Below are positions 37,390 to 47,388 of a stretch of 64,000 nucleotides of DNA, one piece after another. The notes below the pieces were generated by a model, which saw nothing but the letters and a program-made list of their open reading frames with translations, was not told the DNA's origin and did not search any database. Within the stretch, counting starts at the first letter, position 1; each line of letters opens with the position of its first letter. The stretch comes from Candidatus Woesearchaeota archaeon (GTDB lineage: Archaea > Nanobdellota > Nanobdellia > Woesearchaeales > UBA10216). A program made the position numbers and the translations under genes. The stretch lies in the NCBI GenBank assembly GCA_016180085.1, contig JACPBX010000003.1:83582-147581 (forward strand), given 5' to 3'.

Positions 37390-39450
37390 CTAGCACTGCT
37401 TTAAAAGCGTTCTGCCTTTGTCGCCAAGTGCTTTGCCGAGGTCTACCCTCACAGCAGCAGCTGTTGATGTTTTGAAGTAGCTGTCCAGCCTGCACAGCCC
37501 TTCGCCGTAGCTGCTGCCTTTTTTGAACAGCGCATAAGAGTCTTCCAGCGCCACAAGGCCGTAGTTGCTGTTGTCTAAAAATTTGGCAACAAATGCCGTG
37601 TATTGTTCAGCGTTATAAGTCGGCCCTGCCATGCTTAAGTCCATTATCACGTATTCAACGTCGCCAGTGCCGCTGCCATAATCGCTGTTGTTTCCAGCGG
37701 TTCCATTCCCTTTCCCGAACATCAGCCTGATAAACGGGTTAGGGAACATGTAAGCCTCTTTCCTGTGGGCCAGGTGCGGCAGCATCTGCGGGTCTGCTGA
37801 TACAGAAGCAGCATCCGGAATCTCTTTCAGCAGCTTGTTTCCAACTGCGGCGTGCTGGCTTGGCGCAAAGTCTTTTACGTCGTATAGCGTTGAAAATGGC
37901 CCGTATGCAAATGCTGCTGCAATCGTTGAAACCAGCACAAATGCCGAGACTGCAACCCTGCTGTTGTATAGCTTTAGCATTGCCGGTAGCTTTGCCAGGC
38001 GCTGTGCCCCTGCTATCGTTGCCATATATAAGAACGGTATCAGTTCCGCATTGTACTGGTAGATGAGTGCTGTGGTTATGTCCTGCCCCCTCAGGAAGTT
38101 TATGGTGAAAAATGGTGCCCCAAGCAGCAGGTAAGGAAAGCCAAGCAGTGCAACAGCCGCCCCTCCCAGGGGAAGCAGCAGCAGCGCAGCATAAGAGAAT
38201 GTGTCAGCCGAGAGCAGCCTGCCTATCAGCAGCTGCGGGTGCAGTATGGCATTCCTTGCAGCCTCCGGCAGGCTGTTGCCCAGGTAGCTGTACCAGGACA
38301 CATAGCCATACCCCTGGCCGCTCGAGAAGTGAGGCAGCAGCACTCCGAAGTTGAGCGCCAGCCAGGCAATCCCTGCAGCAGCCATTGCGCTTCCGATAAA
38401 CTTTTTCTTCTGGAGCACGAAAATATAGGCCCCGAATGCAACCAGGGCAAGTGGAAGGTGCTCCTTGCTCATTCCGGTGAGAACCAGCATGGCAGCAGCA
38501 GGAAGATATTTCCTCGCTTCAACGAAATAAATCGCGAACAGCAGCAGCGGTGTTGCCAGAGCTTCAGGGTGGAAATCAAACAGGTTCATGTACTGCAGCG
38601 AAGGGTACAAGAGGTAAGAGAAAGCGATCACTGCAGCGGCTGCCGCATTTAGCCGCTTTTTAGCCAGCCAGTAAACAGGAAATGCCCCAAGGGCTAAAGC
38701 CAGTGATTGCAGCACAAGGAGGGCATCTGGCATTGGCAAAAGCTTGTAGAGTGGTGAGAAAATAAATAGTATGGGGTGCAGGTGGTCGCCGAGCAGCACG
38801 AGGCCTCTTACAGTGTTAAAAAAGCCAGGGCCATAGCCCTGTGAGTATCCCCACATGGTCTGGTCGAATATTGCAAGGTCGAAAGCAGTTGTGTTGAAGC
38901 TGTTGTGCTTCATAACCGAAACGATGGAGAAGAACAGGAAGTAAGAAACGACCGAAGCAACAACGGCAAGCCCGATTATTTTTTTAATGGTCTCGCTGTT
39001 AAGGGTTTCCTCAAGGCTTTTCGGGAATAAAACCGCCTTGCCTGCAATGTTTGCAGCTATCGCAATGCCGAATGCCATTGCTACAGGTATGTTTCCCAAA
39101 TTGCCGTACCTTCCGGTGTCAATTCCTGCTGCAGCTGTGGCTATTTTCGCGATTAGCGGGAGAAGCATTGGCAGGTATGTGAGGGAGTCAAGGAAAAGGG
39201 TTTTGTGCAATGCCCCTCCGAATCCCCTTCCAAAACCATCCCTGCCAAAAAAAGCTGCGGCAGCAGCAGAATACGCCATCCATGATGCAAAAAATATTGC
39301 GGCAACAGCAAGAAAGCTGAAGGCCTTAAGTACGGACACCTGCACAGCTGCTGCCGCTGCCCCGATTACGAGAAGCGAGAAGGCCAGGTGCGCCATTCTC
39401 ATTTCGCCCTTGGCAACAGCTCCGAGGTACTTAGCACTCAACATAGTCAA
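37390..39450 (-). CDS. DUF2079-type GT-C membrane protein
   Basis: FDLAIFDQ, LGDHLHP, DFHPE, KEH, QYNA. Confidence 0.75.
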   Translation of the reverse strand: MTMLSAKYLGAVAKGEMRMAHLAFSLLVIGAAAAAVQVSVLKAFSFLAVAAIFFASWMAYSAAAAAFFGRDGFGRGFGGALHKTLFLDSLTYLPMLLPLIAKIATAAAGIDTGRYGNLGNIPVAMAFGIAIAANIAGKAVLFPKSLEETLNSETIKKIIGLAVVASVVSYFLFFSIVSVMKHNSFNTTAFDLAIFDQTMWGYSQGYGPGFFNTVRGLVLLGDHLHPILFIFSPLYKLLPMPDALLVLQSLALALGAFPVYWLAKKRLNAAAAAVIAFSYLLYPSLQYMNLFDFHPEALATPLLLFAIYFVEARKYLPAAAMLVLTGMSKEHLPLALVAFGAYIFVLQKKKFIGSAMAAAGIAWLALNFGVLLPHFSSGQGYGYVSWYSYLGNSLPEAARNAILHPQLLIGRLLSADTFSYAALLLLPLGGAAVALLGFPYLLLGAPFFTINFLRGQDITTALIYQYNAELIPFLYMATIAGAQRLAKLPAMLKLYNSRVAVSAFVLVSTIAAAFAYGPFSTLYDVKDFAPSQHAAVGNKLLKEIPDAASVSADPQMLPHLAHRKEAYMFPNPFIRLMFGKGNGTAGNNSDYGSGTGDVEYVIMDLSMAGPTYNAEQYTAFVAKFLDNSNYGLVALEDSYALFKKGSSYGEGLCRLDSYFKTSTAAAVRVDLGKALGDKGRTLLKQC

Positions 39451-40195
39451 CTTTTGCCCTTTTCCTGTTATGGGTTATTTTGTAAGCAGCGAATGCCAGC
39501 AGGTTTCTCAGGTAATTGATGTATTCTGTGAATGTCAGCTTGCTTTTCCCGTAAAACCTGTTTCTGAACACGTAGGGCACTTCGCACACTTTGCGGTAAT
39601 TTCCCTTCACAAGGACTTCCAGCCCGATTTTGTAGCCTTTGGCGTTCAGGCTTATTCCATCAATTACGCCTTTTCTGAGGAAGAACAGCCCGCTCATTGT
39701 GTCTTTCACTGGCGTTAACGGCTTTGCCAGCAGGGTTGCAACCTTGCTCACTATCCTTCGGTGGAACGGCCATACCTCAACACCACCGCCCTTCACATAC
39801 CTGCTTCCAACGGCAATGTCCGCCTTGCCGTTGAGCAGCGGCGTTATAAGCCTTGGCAGGACCTCTGCCGGATGGCTGCGGTCAGCGTCCATTGCTCCCA
39901 GGATTTTGCTTTTCGATTCCTCAAAGCCCTTTATTACTGCAGAAGCCAGCCCGAGTTTTCCAGTGCGGTGGATGACCTTTACGTTGTATTTTTTTGCCAG
40001 CCCCTCAGCTACGCCTCCTGTGCCGTCCGGGGAGTTGTCATCCACGATAACGACTTCAATATCCGCGTTCAGCCCGCTGCAGCTTCTGAAAATCTCCGGC
40101 ACCAGTTTCTCGATGTTGCCGCGCTCGTTGAACGTCGGTATCACAATTGATACTTCTGTTTTCCTTGCTGTTTTTCTGCCCATTTTCCTGCCCAT
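39431..40195 (-). CDS. Polyprenol-phosphate-mannose synthase-like GT2
   Basis: IPTFNE, DDNSPDGT, KLGLASA, MDADRSHP, GSRY, FRNR..GKSK. Confidence 0.9.
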   Translation of the reverse strand: MGRKMGRKTARKTEVSIVIPTFNERGNIEKLVPEIFRSCSGLNADIEVVIVDDNSPDGTGGVAEGLAKKYNVKVIHRTGKLGLASAVIKGFEESKSKILGAMDADRSHPAEVLPRLITPLLNGKADIAVGSRYVKGGGVEVWPFHRRIVSKVATLLAKPLTPVKDTMSGLFFLRKGVIDGISLNAKGYKIGLEVLVKGNYRKVCEVPYVFRNRFYGKSKLTFTEYINYLRNLLAFAAYKITHNRKRAKVDYVEC

Positions 40196-40296
40196 CTATT
40201 GCGGGATTGAATGCGCAGCGTATTTAAAAATATGGTTGTTTTGCAGCCGGCACACCGCAGCATAGTTTTTTATAGTGCACGTGCTCCTTCCTTTTT

Positions 40297-41127
40297 ATGG
40301 ATGGCAGTGTTCGTTACGTTTACAGGTCGGGCAGGCTGGAAGCGGAAGCAGAATCCATCTCTGGGCTGCGGCAGCGTCTTTCAAAAGCTCCAGCCACTGC
40401 ATGGAAAAGGTCTGTTTCCATTATAGTTCCAACCTACAACGAATCCGGCAACATAGGCAGATTGGTTGAGGCACTGGCTTCAAGCCTGAAAAGCACTGGC
40501 AGTTCTGATTTTGAAATAGTTGTTGTTGATGACGATTCAAGGGATAAGACGCCTGAGGTAATTGACCGGTATGCTGCTGCAGGGAAAGTTTCCGCCATCC
40601 ACCGCTACGGCATAAGGGGAATATTCTCCGCCATAATGGACGGCGTAAAAATGGCAAGGAGCGGTACTGTTGTCATAATGGATGCTGATTTTTCCCATCC
40701 GCCATCAAAGGTCCCTGAGCTTCTTCGCAGGATGGGCGAAGGCGGCTTTGACATGGTTTCAGGCTCTCGGTTCAAGAAAGGCGGCGGGATTGAAGCGCCC
40801 TTTTTCAGGAAATCCGCAACTGTCCTGTTTAATTTTATAATCCGCTTCGTTATGGGCAGCAGCATAACCGACTGGACCGGCGGGTTTCACGCTGCCAAAA
40901 GGGAAAAGCTTCTGGGCCTTGATTTCCGCTACCGCGCCAAGTGGGGTGAGTTTGACCTCGAGATGCTTTACAGGGCAAAGAGGGCAGGCCTTAAAATTGC
41001 CGAGGTCCCGTTCATTTACAACTTCAGGGAAGAGGGCCAGTCAAAGTCTGCCGAGCGCTTCAGTTTCCTGCTTGGTTACGCTTGGCTTTATGGCAAAAGG
41101 GCATTCCAGCTTCGGTTTTTGGATTGA
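40297..41127 (+). CDS. Polyprenol-phosphate-mannose synthase-like GT2
   Basis: VPTYNE, DDDSRD, MDADFSHPP, GSRF, REEGQSK. Divergent from its paralog at 39431-40195. Confidence 0.85.
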   Translation: MDGSVRYVYRSGRLEAEAESISGLRQRLSKAPATAWKRSVSIIVPTYNESGNIGRLVEALASSLKSTGSSDFEIVVVDDDSRDKTPEVIDRYAAAGKVSAIHRYGIRGIFSAIMDGVKMARSGTVVIMDADFSHPPSKVPELLRRMGEGGFDMVSGSRFKKGGGIEAPFFRKSATVLFNFIIRFVMGSSITDWTGGFHAAKREKLLGLDFRYRAKWGEFDLEMLYRAKRAGLKIAEVPFIYNFREEGQSKSAERFSFLLGYAWLYGKRAFQLRFLD

Positions 41128-41215
41128 ACCTTTTTTCGAAAAAGGGTCATGCAGCTGCGGTTTTTGCCGTAAACCATCGTAAACTATTTAAGCCAAATGG
41201 TGAGCTTCTGCCGGA

Positions 41216-42433
41216 ATGGTGTCTGGGTTTGCCAAGAGGCTGCTGCTGTTCGTTGCCATTGTCCTTCTTTGTTTACTGGCTCTTGAGTTTGCCAGCAGGC
41301 TTCTCTTCCCCCAGTACAGCGAAACTGTAAGCTATGATGACCGCTACCTCTATAAGTACCTTCCCCACGCTGAGCGGGTCTTTGTAAACCCTCTTGAGAG
41401 CGATGGCAAGCACCACCTTCTTAAGGTTAACAGCTTTGGCTTCCGTGATGAGGAATTCAGTGCTGAGAAAAAGGGCAAGGTGAGGATTATTGTCTATGGC
41501 GACTCGTTCATTGCAGGCGACTTCTTCGACCTGAATGCAACATTTGCCAAGGAGCTCGAGTCTGTGCTGAATAAGGCGAATAAAGACGTGGGCAGGGCTG
41601 GTGTTGAGGTGCTGAATGGCGGCGTTACAGGCTACGGCCCTGACCAGGTAAGCCTGCGCATGGAGGATGAGATTGGCTTGTTTAATCCGGATGCAGTCAT
41701 AGTTTCCATTTTTGTTGGTAATGACTTTGGGGATAACATCCGCGATAAGATATACCGGCTGGATGCATCAGGCAACGCAGTTCTGAATAACTATTTCCTG
41801 AGCCCTTCAATGAAAGCCAAAAAAGCCATATACCAGCGTTCCCACCTTATCAGGGTTCTGCTTGCGTTGTCTGACACCCTAAGATGGTCTTCCGCGAGCA
41901 GCATGGAACTGTCTTACAGCCAGAACCTTGCCAAGAACAGGGAGGAGTGCACTGATTTTGTTGTGAACATGAGCAATGTTGTCACGAACCTGTTTGCTGA
42001 CACGTTTGATGTGGACATTTCAGTGGAGCCTGAGAGCCCCTGTGTTGAGTATAAGATGAATCTGATGGCCGGCATCATCAGGCGGATGAAGGAAGTGGCT
42101 GATGCGAAAGGCGTCCACCTGCTTTTGCTGGTTATTCCTTCAAAATACGAAGTGGAAGAGCCTGACTTCAGCGAGGCTGTTGCTTCTTTGAATGCTTCAC
42201 TGAATCTGAACAATGCTGGCTATGACAGGGAGTCCCGTTACCTGTTCCTTGACAATGTTGCCAGGGCAAGCAACATCTCTTACGTTGACCTCTTCCCCAT
42301 TTTCCTTGAGCGCTCCAGAGCCGAGCAATTATTCTGGGAGAATGGAGGCCATTGGAACGTGGCTGGCCAGAGCCTTGCGGTTCAGCTGGTAAAAGAAGAG
42401 CTTATGCTGAGCAATTTAAGCTGGTTAAGCTGA
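41216..42433 (+). CDS. SGNH/GDSL hydrolase-fold protein with N-terminal membrane anchor
   Basis: YGDSF (block I), NGGVTGYG (block II), VGND (block III), GHWN (block V). Confidence 0.75.
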   Translation: MVSGFAKRLLLFVAIVLLCLLALEFASRLLFPQYSETVSYDDRYLYKYLPHAERVFVNPLESDGKHHLLKVNSFGFRDEEFSAEKKGKVRIIVYGDSFIAGDFFDLNATFAKELESVLNKANKDVGRAGVEVLNGGVTGYGPDQVSLRMEDEIGLFNPDAVIVSIFVGNDFGDNIRDKIYRLDASGNAVLNNYFLSPSMKAKKAIYQRSHLIRVLLALSDTLRWSSASSMELSYSQNLAKNREECTDFVVNMSNVVTNLFADTFDVDISVEPESPCVEYKMNLMAGIIRRMKEVADAKGVHLLLLVIPSKYEVEEPDFSEAVASLNASLNLNNAGYDRESRYLFLDNVARASNISYVDLFPIFLERSRAEQLFWENGGHWNVAGQSLAVQLVKEELMLSNLSWLS

Positions 42434-42479
42434 TTGGGAAACTGAAAGATTTTTAAATCCGGGGGAGTGCGTTCTGCAT

Positions 42480-43625
42480 ATGGGTAATGGGCGTAGTGGG
42501 CAGAGTGGGCAGCCTGTCAGGCGAATTCCGGTCTCAGAGCCGTCCCTGTCAGGCAATGAGGAAAAGTATGTTCTTGAATGCATCAGTACTAACTGGATTA
42601 GCTCACTTGGGAAATTTATCCCGGAATTTGAAGGAGGTTTTGCAGGGTTTTGCGGCAGCAAATACGGCGTTGCTGTGATGAACGGCACTGTGGCCCTGCA
42701 GCTTGCCCTTGCGGCATTGGGCATCAAAGAGGGCGATGAGGTAATCATTCCTGACTTAACCTTTGTTGCAACAGCCAATGCTGTCCGCTACCTGGGCGCA
42801 AAGCCGGTGTTTGTCGACTCAGAGCCTGCCACGTGGAATATTGATGCCGGCAAGATTGAGTCTGCTGTCACAAAAAAGACTAAAGCCATCATTCCAGTCC
42901 ACCTTTATGGCCATCCATGTGACATGGATGTTATTATGGAAGTGGCCGAAAAGCATAGCCTGTCTGTTATTGAAGATGCTGCCGAAGCCCACGGGGCGGA
43001 GTACAAGGGCAAGAGGGTTGGCTCAATCGGCAGCATAGGGTGTTTCTCTTTTTACGGCAACAAGATAATTACCACAGGTGAAGGCGGAATGTGCGTAACC
43101 AGTGATGCCAAGCTGGCTGAGAGAATGCATTTTCTTAAAGACCACGCCATGGACAAGGTTAGGAAATACTGGCATCCCGAGCTTGGCTACAATTTCCGCA
43201 TGACAAACATCCAGGCAGCTGTTGGCGTTGCGCAGCTTGAGCAGATTGACAAGTTCATTGCTGCAAAAATAAGAAATGCAAAGCTTTATCGCACCCTGCT
43301 GCAAAACGTTAAAGGCCTGGCATTTCAGCCACAGATGACCTGGGCAAAAAGCGTTTACTGGATGCATTCTGTTCTGGTTGATGAGAAGGAATTCGGCTGC
43401 AGCCGCGATGCCCTGATTTTGGGGCTGAAGGAAAAGGGTGTTGACTCAAGGCCGTTCTTTTGCCCGATGCACCAGCTTCCGCCTTACAAGGGCAGCGGCT
43501 CTGACAAGGATTTTCCTGTTGCCGCGCAGCTTTCCCGGGCAGGCATTAACCTTCCTTCCTCTGTAAGGCTTTCCGAGTCAGACATCAGGTTTGTCTGTGA
43601 CGCTATCAGGAGCATCCAAAAATGA
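42480..43625 (+). CDS. DegT/DnrJ/EryC1/StrS sugar aminotransferase (perosamine synthase-like)
   Basis: NGTVALQLAL, PVHLYG, IEDAAEA, SFYGNKIITTGEGG, GYNFRM. Confidence 0.9.
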   Translation: MGNGRSGQSGQPVRRIPVSEPSLSGNEEKYVLECISTNWISSLGKFIPEFEGGFAGFCGSKYGVAVMNGTVALQLALAALGIKEGDEVIIPDLTFVATANAVRYLGAKPVFVDSEPATWNIDAGKIESAVTKKTKAIIPVHLYGHPCDMDVIMEVAEKHSLSVIEDAAEAHGAEYKGKRVGSIGSIGCFSFYGNKIITTGEGGMCVTSDAKLAERMHFLKDHAMDKVRKYWHPELGYNFRMTNIQAAVGVAQLEQIDKFIAAKIRNAKLYRTLLQNVKGLAFQPQMTWAKSVYWMHSVLVDEKEFGCSRDALILGLKEKGVDSRPFFCPMHQLPPYKGSGSDKDFPVAAQLSRAGINLPSSVRLSESDIRFVCDAIRSIQK

Positions 43626-44065
43626 GAAAAGCGCTTGATTCTGTTGAGATGTTCTTTTCCTATTTTGTGCCCTCGCCCCTGAAGAGGTATTATTTCCTGG
43701 CTGCCAGTTACTTCATCTTTGTCTTTGGCGGCCTTATCGGCTGGCTTATTCTCATAGGCTCCGAGCAGTTCCTGCTTGGCTTTGGAATATGGAAAGGCAT
43801 TGGATACGGCATTGGGCTTGTGCTGGCAATACTTTTCACGTTCGCCTATCACCGCCACGTTACTTTCGGGGTGAAGTCAGAAACCAAGGAACGCTTTGCA
43901 AAGTTTGCACCGCTCCAGGTTTTCATTGCAGCTGCCAACTGGCTGTTGTTTGTGGCAGCAACCCATTACTTCGGCTTTCCTGATGTGCAGGCAAGCTTTG
44001 TGATAACCTTTGTTTTGTCGCTTGTCAACTTCGCAGCGAATAAGCTGTTTATTTTCATCAAATGA
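43622..44065 (+). CDS. GtrA-like small flippase
   Basis: Four TM segments, F.YHRHVTF and NF..NKLFIF. Confidence 0.7.
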   Translation: MRKALDSVEMFFSYFVPSPLKRYYFLAASYFIFVFGGLIGWLILIGSEQFLLGFGIWKGIGYGIGLVLAILFTFAYHRHVTFGVKSETKERFAKFAPLQVFIAAANWLLFVAATHYFGFPDVQASFVITFVLSLVNFAANKLFIFIK

Positions 44066-44101
44066 ACAAAAAATGAGCGAAAGGTCCAGAACTGATTAAG
44101 A

Positions 44102-44854
44102 ATGAAGACTCTGCTGAAGGGATATTTCAAATACCTGTACAGTTCTGTAACAAGGCGTTACATGAAAGCCCTTTTTCTGCTTCTGGAAAAGAACCCCGAA
44201 GCTGTCCTCGTTGATGCAGGGTGCTGGAGTGGCGGCAATACTGCCGATTATGGAAAAGCGGTTGGCACAACAAGGCTGATAGGGCTGGAGCTTGTGCGTA
44301 GTGCTGCAAAAAAAGCGATGGAAAAAGGCATTAGTGTCCTTATTGCCGACCTCAACAGGAAAATCCCTATGAAGCCTGCAACAGCTGACGTGGTTGTAGC
44401 CAATCACGTAATAGAGCACCTTTACAACGTTGACGGCTTTGCAGGGGAGCTTTACCGCATCCTGAAGCCAAACGGTTACGTTCTGGTTGGCACTCCGAAC
44501 CTTGCAAGCTGGCACAACCTGTTTGCGCTGCTTATCGGGAAGCAGCCTTACAGCGGGCCAACCGTAAAGCTGCAGTCAGCCGATGGCGGTATGGTCTCTG
44601 AAATGAAAAGCGAAAAGAAGGAATGCCTGTTATCAGAAGTTGAAAACAAGGCAGAGGGAGAGCACGCCCTTGGCCATATCGTCGTGATGACTTACAAAAC
44701 ACTTGTGAGCCTGCTTAAGTCAAAGGGCTTCATAATAGAGGAATCACGCTGCTTTGGCTACCATCCCTTCCCTCCTTTTATTGCAAATGTTCTGGCAAGG
44801 CTTGACAAAAGCCATTCCCATTACGTTTTGGTGAAGGCGAGAAAGCCTGGTTAG
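44102..44854 (+). CDS. Class I SAM-dependent methyltransferase
   Basis: VDAGCWSG, ADLNRKIP, NHVIEHL, GTPN. Confidence 0.8.
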   Translation: MKTLLKGYFKYLYSSVTRRYMKALFLLLEKNPEAVLVDAGCWSGGNTADYGKAVGTTRLIGLELVRSAAKKAMEKGISVLIADLNRKIPMKPATADVVVANHVIEHLYNVDGFAGELYRILKPNGYVLVGTPNLASWHNLFALLIGKQPYSGPTVKLQSADGGMVSEMKSEKKECLLSEVENKAEGEHALGHIVVMTYKTLVSLLKSKGFIIEESRCFGYHPFPPFIANVLARLDKSHSHYVLVKARKPG

Positions 44855-44901
44855 CGACGCTTTGCAAATATTTATAAGTCTCGTTTATTGGCACTGGGTG
44901 G

Positions 44902-46713
44902 ATGGGGGAGAGTAAGGATGAGGAAGGGGTCAGTGTAAATGCTGCCTCGGTTGGTCCGGCTGGCTCCGGTGCTGGCCTCAGTAGTCTCCGTGTAAGTCCT
45001 AAGGTTCTCACTGTTGCAGCCGTTGCAGCGCTCTTTATTGTTTCGCTTTATCTCTGGACTCTGCCTTTCCGGGAGAACAGGCTGCCTTTTGGAGAGGGCG
45101 ATTCAGCTTGGCACTTCGCTATTGGCGATGAGATATCATCATCTGATAAGGCAACCTTCAGGCTTCCTTACTATGTTGGGGTGTGGTATTATGGCTTCAA
45201 CAGAATCCTGGGGCCTTTCGCCCTGGAATACCCTCCCCCAAACCATGTCAACTACGCCCTGATGCAGTTTTTTGGGGGTGAGCGCTTCATTCCTGTCTTC
45301 ATTTACAGGGCAGTGGCAAGCTTCCTTGGCGTGTTTTCCGTTTTTTTCCTTTTGTCAAGGCTTTTTGGCGTGTTGCCTGCTTTCATTGCAGGGCTGGGCC
45401 TGGTCTTCTCTTTTAGGGAGCAGATGATCTTCCTCTGGGGGCAGCAGCCCACCCTTGTATCCCTGATAATTATGCCTGTCGTGCTTTACTCGTGGTATAG
45501 CTATTTGGTCTCTTATTACGCAGCAGGCGAAAGGGGTGAAAGAAGGGTTTACCTTTATCTCGCCTTTGCCCTTCTTGCTTCCCAGTTCATGCTGCACATT
45601 CAGGGCTTCCTTGCAAGCCTGTTGGTTCTCGGCATTTTTACTGCAGTGATGGCTGCGAAGTTCAGGAAGCTTCCTGTTTCTAGGAGCAACCTTGTCCCCT
45701 TTGCTGCTGCTTTGGTGGCTTTCTCAGCTGTCGTTGCCCCTTTCGCCCCGATTTACTTGGGAGCGCCTTCTGATGTTCCACCGGTTTCATCGGTTGAAAG
45801 GCTGATGCAGTGGAACATTCCACACAACCTTGTTTCCGGCAGCTTCCCTGAGCCTTTCGTGCTTTTTTCACATGAGTATGCGTTTCCTGTCAGGCTTTTC
45901 CTTTTTGCGGGAATACTGCTGCTTATTGCAAGGGCATTTCTCATCAGGCCCAATTACAGGGAGCTGATGCTTGTCAGCTGGCTTGCTGGGCTGTACATCA
46001 TTTTCCACCTTGATGTTTTTGGCATACTTGACCAGGGCAGGGTCGCCAGGATGCAGGTGATAGAACCCGCATTGTTCTTCTCACTGGCTGCCTTAAGCGT
46101 TGTATGGCTTCCGCAGACCGTTTCCTCTATTCTGAAGCTGGGCGCCAGGTTTGTTCCTGCTGCAAATGCAGCGAAATACATCCTTGCCGCTGTCCTGGTT
46201 CTTGCTTTGTTAGGCGGCGGGTGGAGTTCCACTCAGGCAAGGCTGAAGGGCGCTTACGGCGGCCTTGAAAGGATTACGCCTCTCCAGGCAGAGTTTGCAG
46301 CTGGAGTCCTTCATTCGCTTCCGGAAAAAGCATTCATCTACGACCCTGTTCTGCCGAATGTTGGCAGCTTTTCTTACACCACCTGGCGCTATCCGAAGAT
46401 GAGGTGGATGCTGGCCATCAGCCAGCGTTATGTGGGCAGGGATTTCCCTGATGAGTTTCCGCATAAAATTGCCGACCCGAGCGAGGTTTATGTCCTGTTT
46501 GACTACTCTGACCTTGCCCTTCTGGCATCCTCTTCGGACCAGGGCACCAAGCAGCTTGGGCTGGCCTTGGCCAATGAGCTGCAGGCTGTTGAGCTTCGCC
46601 TGTTCAACAACAGCATTCCATTGTATGATGGCAATAACATGCGCCTTTACAAGTACCCTTACGAACGCCTTACCAACAGCAGCATTAGCAGTTCGGAGGC
46701 AGCTTCAGCATGA
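44902..46713 (+). CDS. Multi-pass GT-C/AglB-N-terminal-like membrane protein
   Basis: PFGEGDSAWH, YPPPNH, WGQQP and a soluble C-terminal domain. Paralog of 47372-49117. Confidence 0.6.
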   Translation: MGESKDEEGVSVNAASVGPAGSGAGLSSLRVSPKVLTVAAVAALFIVSLYLWTLPFRENRLPFGEGDSAWHFAIGDEISSSDKATFRLPYYVGVWYYGFNRILGPFALEYPPPNHVNYALMQFFGGERFIPVFIYRAVASFLGVFSVFFLLSRLFGVLPAFIAGLGLVFSFREQMIFLWGQQPTLVSLIIMPVVLYSWYSYLVSYYAAGERGERRVYLYLAFALLASQFMLHIQGFLASLLVLGIFTAVMAAKFRKLPVSRSNLVPFAAALVAFSAVVAPFAPIYLGAPSDVPPVSSVERLMQWNIPHNLVSGSFPEPFVLFSHEYAFPVRLFLFAGILLLIARAFLIRPNYRELMLVSWLAGLYIIFHLDVFGILDQGRVARMQVIEPALFFSLAALSVVWLPQTVSSILKLGARFVPAANAAKYILAAVLVLALLGGGWSSTQARLKGAYGGLERITPLQAEFAAGVLHSLPEKAFIYDPVLPNVGSFSYTTWRYPKMRWMLAISQRYVGRDFPDEFPHKIADPSEVYVLFDYSDLALLASSSDQGTKQLGLALANELQAVELRLFNNSIPLYDGNNMRLYKYPYERLTNSSISSSEAASA

Positions 46714-47060
46714 CTGGCATCAGGGTTAATCAGCAAGGCGTTGCATGGCTTTTTGCCCTGGCAGCCATAGCTGTGGCCGCATTTGCCCTCTTGGGCATTG
46801 CCGGCTTTCGCACAATTCTTGCGATTGCAGTTTTGTTTGTCATTCCCCCTTTGCTTATCCTGAAAAATGCCAATTTGGATATTGAAGAAAAAATATTCTT
46901 TTCCCTGTTTATTGGGATTGGCATGTTTCCTTTGCTTGCATGGGCGGTTAACCAGGTCCTGCCATCATTGAGGCTTTCGGTCATTGCGGCTTTTGCCCTT
47001 GTTGTTGCTGGCTTTTTCGCGCCCAGAATTTTGAGGAAAGGGCAAGCGAGAGCGCAATGA
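46710..47060 (+). CDS. Small 4-TM membrane protein
   Basis: Coupled to the upstream gene (ATGA). Motif LFVIP...EK. Confidence 0.6.
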   Translation: MTGIRVNQQGVAWLFALAAIAVAAFALLGIAGFRTILAIAVLFVIPPLLILKNANLDIEEKIFFSLFIGIGMFPLLAWAVNQVLPSLRLSVIAAFALVVAGFFAPRILRKGQARAQ

Positions 47061-47388
47061 CTGCAGCTGGGAGCAGTATTGTCTGGTTCTGTATTTTCAG
47101 CCCTGCAAGCCCCAGGTAATAGCTTGCTACTCCGCTTACCGCCATGGCAGCAACAGTGCCTGCAACAGTCCTTTCCACAAAGCCAAGCTTTTCCCTCCAG
47201 TAAAAGGTCAGTGCGTAGCCTGGAATCACAAACAGCCAGAAGAGGGATGCTGTTGTTTTTACTACTTCAATCAGCCCTTCTTTGTAGTAGGCTATCTTGA
47301 AAATGATTGTCGCAGCAATGAACGCAGCAACGGCAAATTTCGCTTCCCTTTTTAGCTCAGCCAGGCCGTAGTCAGGCAATGCAGTCAC
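46981..47388 (-). CDS. Small 4-TM membrane protein (paralog of 46710-47060)
   Basis: LFVIPG...FVER. Overlaps the stop of the upstream GT-C gene. Confidence 0.6.
   Translation of the reverse strand: MTALPDYGLAELKREAKFAVAAFIAATIIFKIAYYKEGLIEVVKTTASLFWLFVIPGYALTFYWREKLGFVERTVAGTVAAMAVSGVASYYLGLAGLKIQNQTILLPAAVIALSLALSSKFWARKSQQQQGQKPQ

Noticed and set aside
38987-39718. 243-aa plus-strand ORF
   Set aside because: Antisense to the DUF2079 and GT2 genes; composition typical of a shadow ORF.
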